From Gammaproteobacteria bacterium (GTDB lineage: Bacteria > Pseudomonadota > Gammaproteobacteria > Ga0077536), in NCBI GenBank assembly GCA_963662545.2, contig CAXXLL010000002.1, positions 1,344,001 through 1,408,000 on the forward strand: a DNA stretch of 64,000 nt, written 5' to 3'. Shown piece after piece: positions 60,240 through 64,000 of the stretch. Within the stretch, counting starts at the first letter, position 1. Each line of letters opens with the position of its first letter. A program made the position numbers and the translations under genes. The notes under the pieces are model-generated. The model did not search any database. It was not told where the DNA came from and saw only the letters and a program-made list of their open reading frames with translations.

Positions 60240-61063
60240 CGAATTAACGTCGAAGCGTTCGGATAAAAGAGCTGCTGGCCGTTCACCTCGAATGCGGCGA
60301 TGGCGCTCTGGCCGTCCGGGCTCAGCAACCAGTCGATAAAAGCCTGCCCTTCGGGCGCTTTGACGCGCGGGTGTTTTCCCGGGTTGACGAGGATTACGCC
60401 GTATTGATTGAAGAGCTTCGGATCGCCTTCGAACAGAATTTCGAAGTTCCGCTTATTCTTGAAACTCAGCCAGGTCGCGCGATCGGTCAGTGCATAGGCG
60501 TCCAAGCCGACGGCCACGTTCAAGGTCGTGCCCATACCGCTGCCGGTTTCGAGGTACCAGGTTCCGCTCACGCTCACAGCGTCGATGCCGGCTTCCGCCC
60601 ACAGCACCATTTCTTTCCTGTGCGTGCCGCTGTCGTCTCCGCGCGAGGTAAATATCTCCGCGTTTGCGGCGATACGCGCGAGCGCAGCGGACGCATTTGG
60701 CGCGTCGCGTATGCCTGCCGGGTCAGACGGCGGACCGACGATGACGAAATCGTTGAACATTAAATTGAAGCGGCGAACGCCGAAGCCCTCGGCGACGAAG
60801 GCTTCTTCCGCGTTTTTCGCATGCACGAGCAACACGTCACCGTCTCCGTTGCGGGCGTTCCGCAAGGCCTGCCCGGTGCCTACCGCGATGACGCGTACGT
60901 CGATTCCCGACTTTACTTTAAATAGGGGAATGAGGTGATCCAAGAGGCCTGAATTCTGCGTCGAGGTGGTGGACTGCAGAATAATGAAACGTTCTGCGCT
61001 GATTACGGTGAGTGATACCGCGGTGATCAAGGCGACGAGGAAGATGTTGAACAGTGAGCGCAT
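60236..61063 (-). CDS. tupA: Tungstate ABC transporter substrate-binding protein
   Basis: TTTS-type 'STTSTQNSGLL', VGTGQAL and SRGDDSGTH motifs. Confidence 0.9.
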   Translation of the reverse strand: MRSLFNIFLVALITAVSLTVISAERFIILQSTTSTQNSGLLDHLIPLFKVKSGIDVRVIAVGTGQALRNARNGDGDVLLVHAKNAEEAFVAEGFGVRRFNLMFNDFVIVGPPSDPAGIRDAPNASAALARIAANAEIFTSRGDDSGTHRKEMVLWAEAGIDAVSVSGTWYLETGSGMGTTLNVAVGLDAYALTDRATWLSFKNKRNFEILFEGDPKLFNQYGVILVNPGKHPRVKAPEGQAFIDWLLSPDGQSAIAAFEVNGQQLFYPNASTLIR

Positions 61064-61095
61064 GGCAGGGCAATTCGATTCGATGACGGCTTGAA

Positions 61096-61860
61096 TTACG
61101 CGACGAATGAGCCTTTGATAAAAGCGCGTGCGTTCTCGGATGCGGGTCGTTCAAAGAACTTTGTCGCGGACACGTGTTCGGCGACCTGACCGTCATGGAT
61201 GAAAATCACGTCAGCCCCCAGTCGTTGAGCCTGTGGCACGCTCTGGGTGACGAGTATGATCTTCGTTCCCCGGTCCCGGGCGTTTGTGATCAAGTCCTCG
61301 ATTGCACGTGCCGATGCCGGGTCGAGGCTCGCAGTCGGTTCATCCAGGAACAGAATTTCGGGCTCGACGCTCAACGCGCGGATGACCGCCAGGCGTTGAC
61401 GTTCGCCGCCGGAAAGCACCGCGGCCGGACGATCGGCCAAAAGGGTCAGGCCGGCCGCAGCTAGCAGACGCGTAAGACGCTCTTCGCGGACACGAGTCGA
61501 AGTGCCGTGAACCTTCATTGCATAGCGAACATTTTCTGCGGCAGAGCGGCGTAACATCACCGGGTGCTGCAAGACCATCGCCCGCCGCCGCGCCATGGCA
61601 GGTCGCGGTAAATCCAGAGCCCAGTTGATCGACCCCGTAGTGGGTTTGATGAGGCCGTGAAGCAGGCGTAACAGGACGGTTTTACCGGCGCCGTTGTAGC
61701 CCATGATGACCGTGCAGCCGCCCTGGTCGATGACGAGATCGATGTCACGCAGGATGTGGGTATCTCCTGCGCTGTAGCTAAGCCCGCATACCTCGACCGG
61801 CAGTATGGATCGTCCGCTACCGGACCTTTCGAATGGCAGTGCCAGTGTCGGGCTAACCAT
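61096..61860 (-). CDS. tupC: Tungstate ABC transporter ATP-binding protein
   Basis: GYNGAGKT, LSGGE and LDEPT motifs; operon context. Confidence 0.85.
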   Translation of the reverse strand: MVSPTLALPFERSGSGRSILPVEVCGLSYSAGDTHILRDIDLVIDQGGCTVIMGYNGAGKTVLLRLLHGLIKPTTGSINWALDLPRPAMARRRAMVLQHPVMLRRSAAENVRYAMKVHGTSTRVREERLTRLLAAAGLTLLADRPAAVLSGGERQRLAVIRALSVEPEILFLDEPTASLDPASARAIEDLITNARDRGTKIILVTQSVPQAQRLGADVIFIHDGQVAEHVSATKFFERPASENARAFIKGSFVA

Positions 61861-62560
61861 AGGCCACCTCCGGTTCGGTACGTTTCATTGCGACGACGGT
61901 TCCGTTGACGATCAGAGCAATGCACATCAGGACGATTCCCAGCGCCATCGCGAGGGCGAGATCACCGCGCGACGTTTCAAGCGCAATGGCCGTCGTCATG
62001 ACACGGGTCACGTGGTTGATGTTGCCGCCCACGATAATCACCGCGCCGACCTCGGCGATCGCCCGGCCAAAGGCGGCGAGGACGATAGTCGAGAGCGCAT
62101 ATCGAGCTTCGTAAAGAAGCGTTCGCAACTGACCGAACCCGTGGACACCGAGCGAACGCAATTGTTCATCATAACGAACATGAAGATCTTCAATTATTTG
62201 TCGGGAGAGCGCGGCGATGATGGGCGCGACGACGATGACCTGCGCGATGATCATCGCTTTCGGTGTGTACAACAGCTGAAGCCACCCGAACGGACCCGAA
62301 TTCGACAGCGTCATATAGACCAAGAGCCCTATCACGACCGGTGGTAGCCCCATGAGCGCATTGACGACTACGATGGCAACTGTCCGGCCCGTGAATCGAT
62401 AAGTTGCGAGCGCGGCGCCGAGGGGAAAGCCGATCACGCAGCCAATGACCACGGCCGAACCGCTGACCCGCAGCGACAACGCTACGATCTCGAACAGGTC
62501 GGCGTCGCCGGATGCGATCAGCGCGCCGGCAATGGTGAAGGCTTCACTGAATTCGAACAT
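61853..62560 (-). CDS. tupB: Tungstate ABC transporter permease
   Basis: NALMGLPPVVIGL and FGRAIAEVGAVIIVGGNI..TRVMTTAI motifs. Confidence 0.9.
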   Translation of the reverse strand: MFEFSEAFTIAGALIASGDADLFEIVALSLRVSGSAVVIGCVIGFPLGAALATYRFTGRTVAIVVVNALMGLPPVVIGLLVYMTLSNSGPFGWLQLLYTPKAMIIAQVIVVAPIIAALSRQIIEDLHVRYDEQLRSLGVHGFGQLRTLLYEARYALSTIVLAAFGRAIAEVGAVIIVGGNINHVTRVMTTAIALETSRGDLALAMALGIVLMCIALIVNGTVVAMKRTEPEVAYG

Positions 62561-62571
62561 CTTGAACGCCT

Positions 62572-63975
62572 TTAGAAATTGAACAGAACTTGTGAGTAGA
62601 CGTAGGCGACATCGCCTTCGCCGTTGGCATTGGGCGCGTCATCCATGAAGCCACCGGCGAAGAGGTGCGCGACCCCGGTTTCGAAACGATAGCTTCCGGG
62701 TACCACTTCCCACCGGAACCGCGCTTCAATCTGGTGGCCGATAAAACTTCCCGATCGCCCGCTTACATCTCGAACGCCGCTCGTCGTCCAGGCGTCTTGA
62801 TCCGACGCCAGCCAGTAAGCGCGATGGGCAATGAACACATCCACGTCCCGGGCCGGCCTCAATTTCAGTCTGATGCCAGGCGTGCTCAGGTTGTTGCGCA
62901 GAAAGGGCCCATAGATCCCGGTCGGACCGAAATCAAAACGGCGGGCGCCGAACAGGGTATCGAAACGTTCGTTGTTGCCGTCGGCGGGATCATCGTCTCC
63001 GCTGGCATAGTCATATTGTGCGATCAGCCGTGGGGACCAGGGAGCGTCGAAGGTGTATCCGATCTCGACGTGCTGAAAATACGCGAGGTGATCGAGATCG
63101 CGTGTGTTCGATGCGATGCTCGACGAGCGTGATTGGCCGATTTGAAACACGGACTCCAGCAAATAGTCGACCCGGCCTGCGGACGGTGGTCGGTAAAATC
63201 TGAGGCCGGGCATGTAATATTCGCGGTTTCTCGTCGAGCGCCCGTCCGCATCGTGTTCGTCCAGACCCAAGAAAAAGACCTCTCCCCGGAGCGCGCCCGG
63301 TAGTTCGGCGAATGCGTAATAAACCCCCCAGAATCGAACTTCGACATCTTCCTCGTCGAATTCGATATCGTTATCCAACAGGTCTACTCGTGTATTCGGT
63401 TTGCGACTGACGGGCAATGTGTAGAAAGCCTGAAAGTGCCTCCCGGCCGGGCCGCGCCAGTTCCATTCAACGCCAGTGAAGGTGTTGATCGTGTTGCGGT
63501 ACAGGCTGCGTGCAACCAGCCTGCGACTGCCGACGTCCAGGGTGAGCCGGCCGGCGCGAAGTTCGCTGCGATCACCGGGTGAGAACAGGTTCGACACATT
63601 CCATCTTACGTAGCCCTGGAGGAGTTCGATCGGGTTGATGAGTGTCGTACTCAGCGTGGACGCACGGTCGTTGAGATAGGCGCGGGAATCGATCACTTCG
63701 ATGCCGAGACGGAGTTTGTCTAACTTGATCTCGGTCAGCAGTATCGTGCGCAATGCCACCGCTTGATCGCCGCCGTCCAGTGTGGCGCGGAACTGCCCGT
63801 CCAGTGATTCATACCGAGTCCGGTGCGAACCGCTGATGCTGAACCAGTCGGGTAGGGCGGCAGCGGCGTCGATACGCCACGGCTGCCGTTCTTCCGCAAC
63901 GGTCGCTGAGACGGCCGTGACCGCGAGCAGGGCCGCGGCGATGATTGGAATGAATAAATATGAAATCTTATTCAT
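62572..63975 (-). CDS. Alginate-export (AlgE)-family outer-membrane porin
   Basis: Signal peptide; RTRYE, GSRRLVAR..YRN and YDYASGDDDP..FDTLFG motifs; terminal Phe. Confidence 0.82.
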   Translation of the reverse strand: MNKISYLFIPIIAAALLAVTAVSATVAEERQPWRIDAAAALPDWFSISGSHRTRYESLDGQFRATLDGGDQAVALRTILLTEIKLDKLRLGIEVIDSRAYLNDRASTLSTTLINPIELLQGYVRWNVSNLFSPGDRSELRAGRLTLDVGSRRLVARSLYRNTINTFTGVEWNWRGPAGRHFQAFYTLPVSRKPNTRVDLLDNDIEFDEEDVEVRFWGVYYAFAELPGALRGEVFFLGLDEHDADGRSTRNREYYMPGLRFYRPPSAGRVDYLLESVFQIGQSRSSSIASNTRDLDHLAYFQHVEIGYTFDAPWSPRLIAQYDYASGDDDPADGNNERFDTLFGARRFDFGPTGIYGPFLRNNLSTPGIRLKLRPARDVDVFIAHRAYWLASDQDAWTTSGVRDVSGRSGSFIGHQIEARFRWEVVPGSYRFETGVAHLFAGGFMDDAPNANGEGDVAYVYSQVLFNF

Positions 63976-64000
63976 ATTCGTATAGGGTGCGTATGATGTT

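Overview
High-GC, probably gammaproteobacterial chromosomal window (taxonomy is inference). The backbone is metabolic: napGH-like pair, MoxR/VWA pair, LysR-linked acyl-CoA cluster, three F420-dependent oxidoreductases plus a stand-alone FrhB-family protein, soxXYZAB, two flavin monooxygenases, tungstate ABC transporter and an AlgE-family porin. It is interrupted by mobile DNA. (1) An integrase-less integron cassette array at ~26.0-31.5 kb. Its first attC is split by an IS110 element whose upstream non-coding region carries readable bridge-RNA guides matching the attC target and the element's own donor junction. (2) An IS4/IS10-like element inserted in one of two palindromic repeats that flank a 99-bp diverged, inverted piece of the same transposase (repeat-spacer-repeat layout). 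(3) IS5-like and other MITEs and an IS481 remnant. Features missed by the ORF track include a probable CxxU selenoprotein (UGA at 50980-50982 plus a SECIS-like hairpin), a conserved ~80-nt non-coding trailer in front of the attC sites, and three micro-protein genes that share a palindromic operator with a TetR gene. All calls come from reading the sequence and motifs; no database searches were run.
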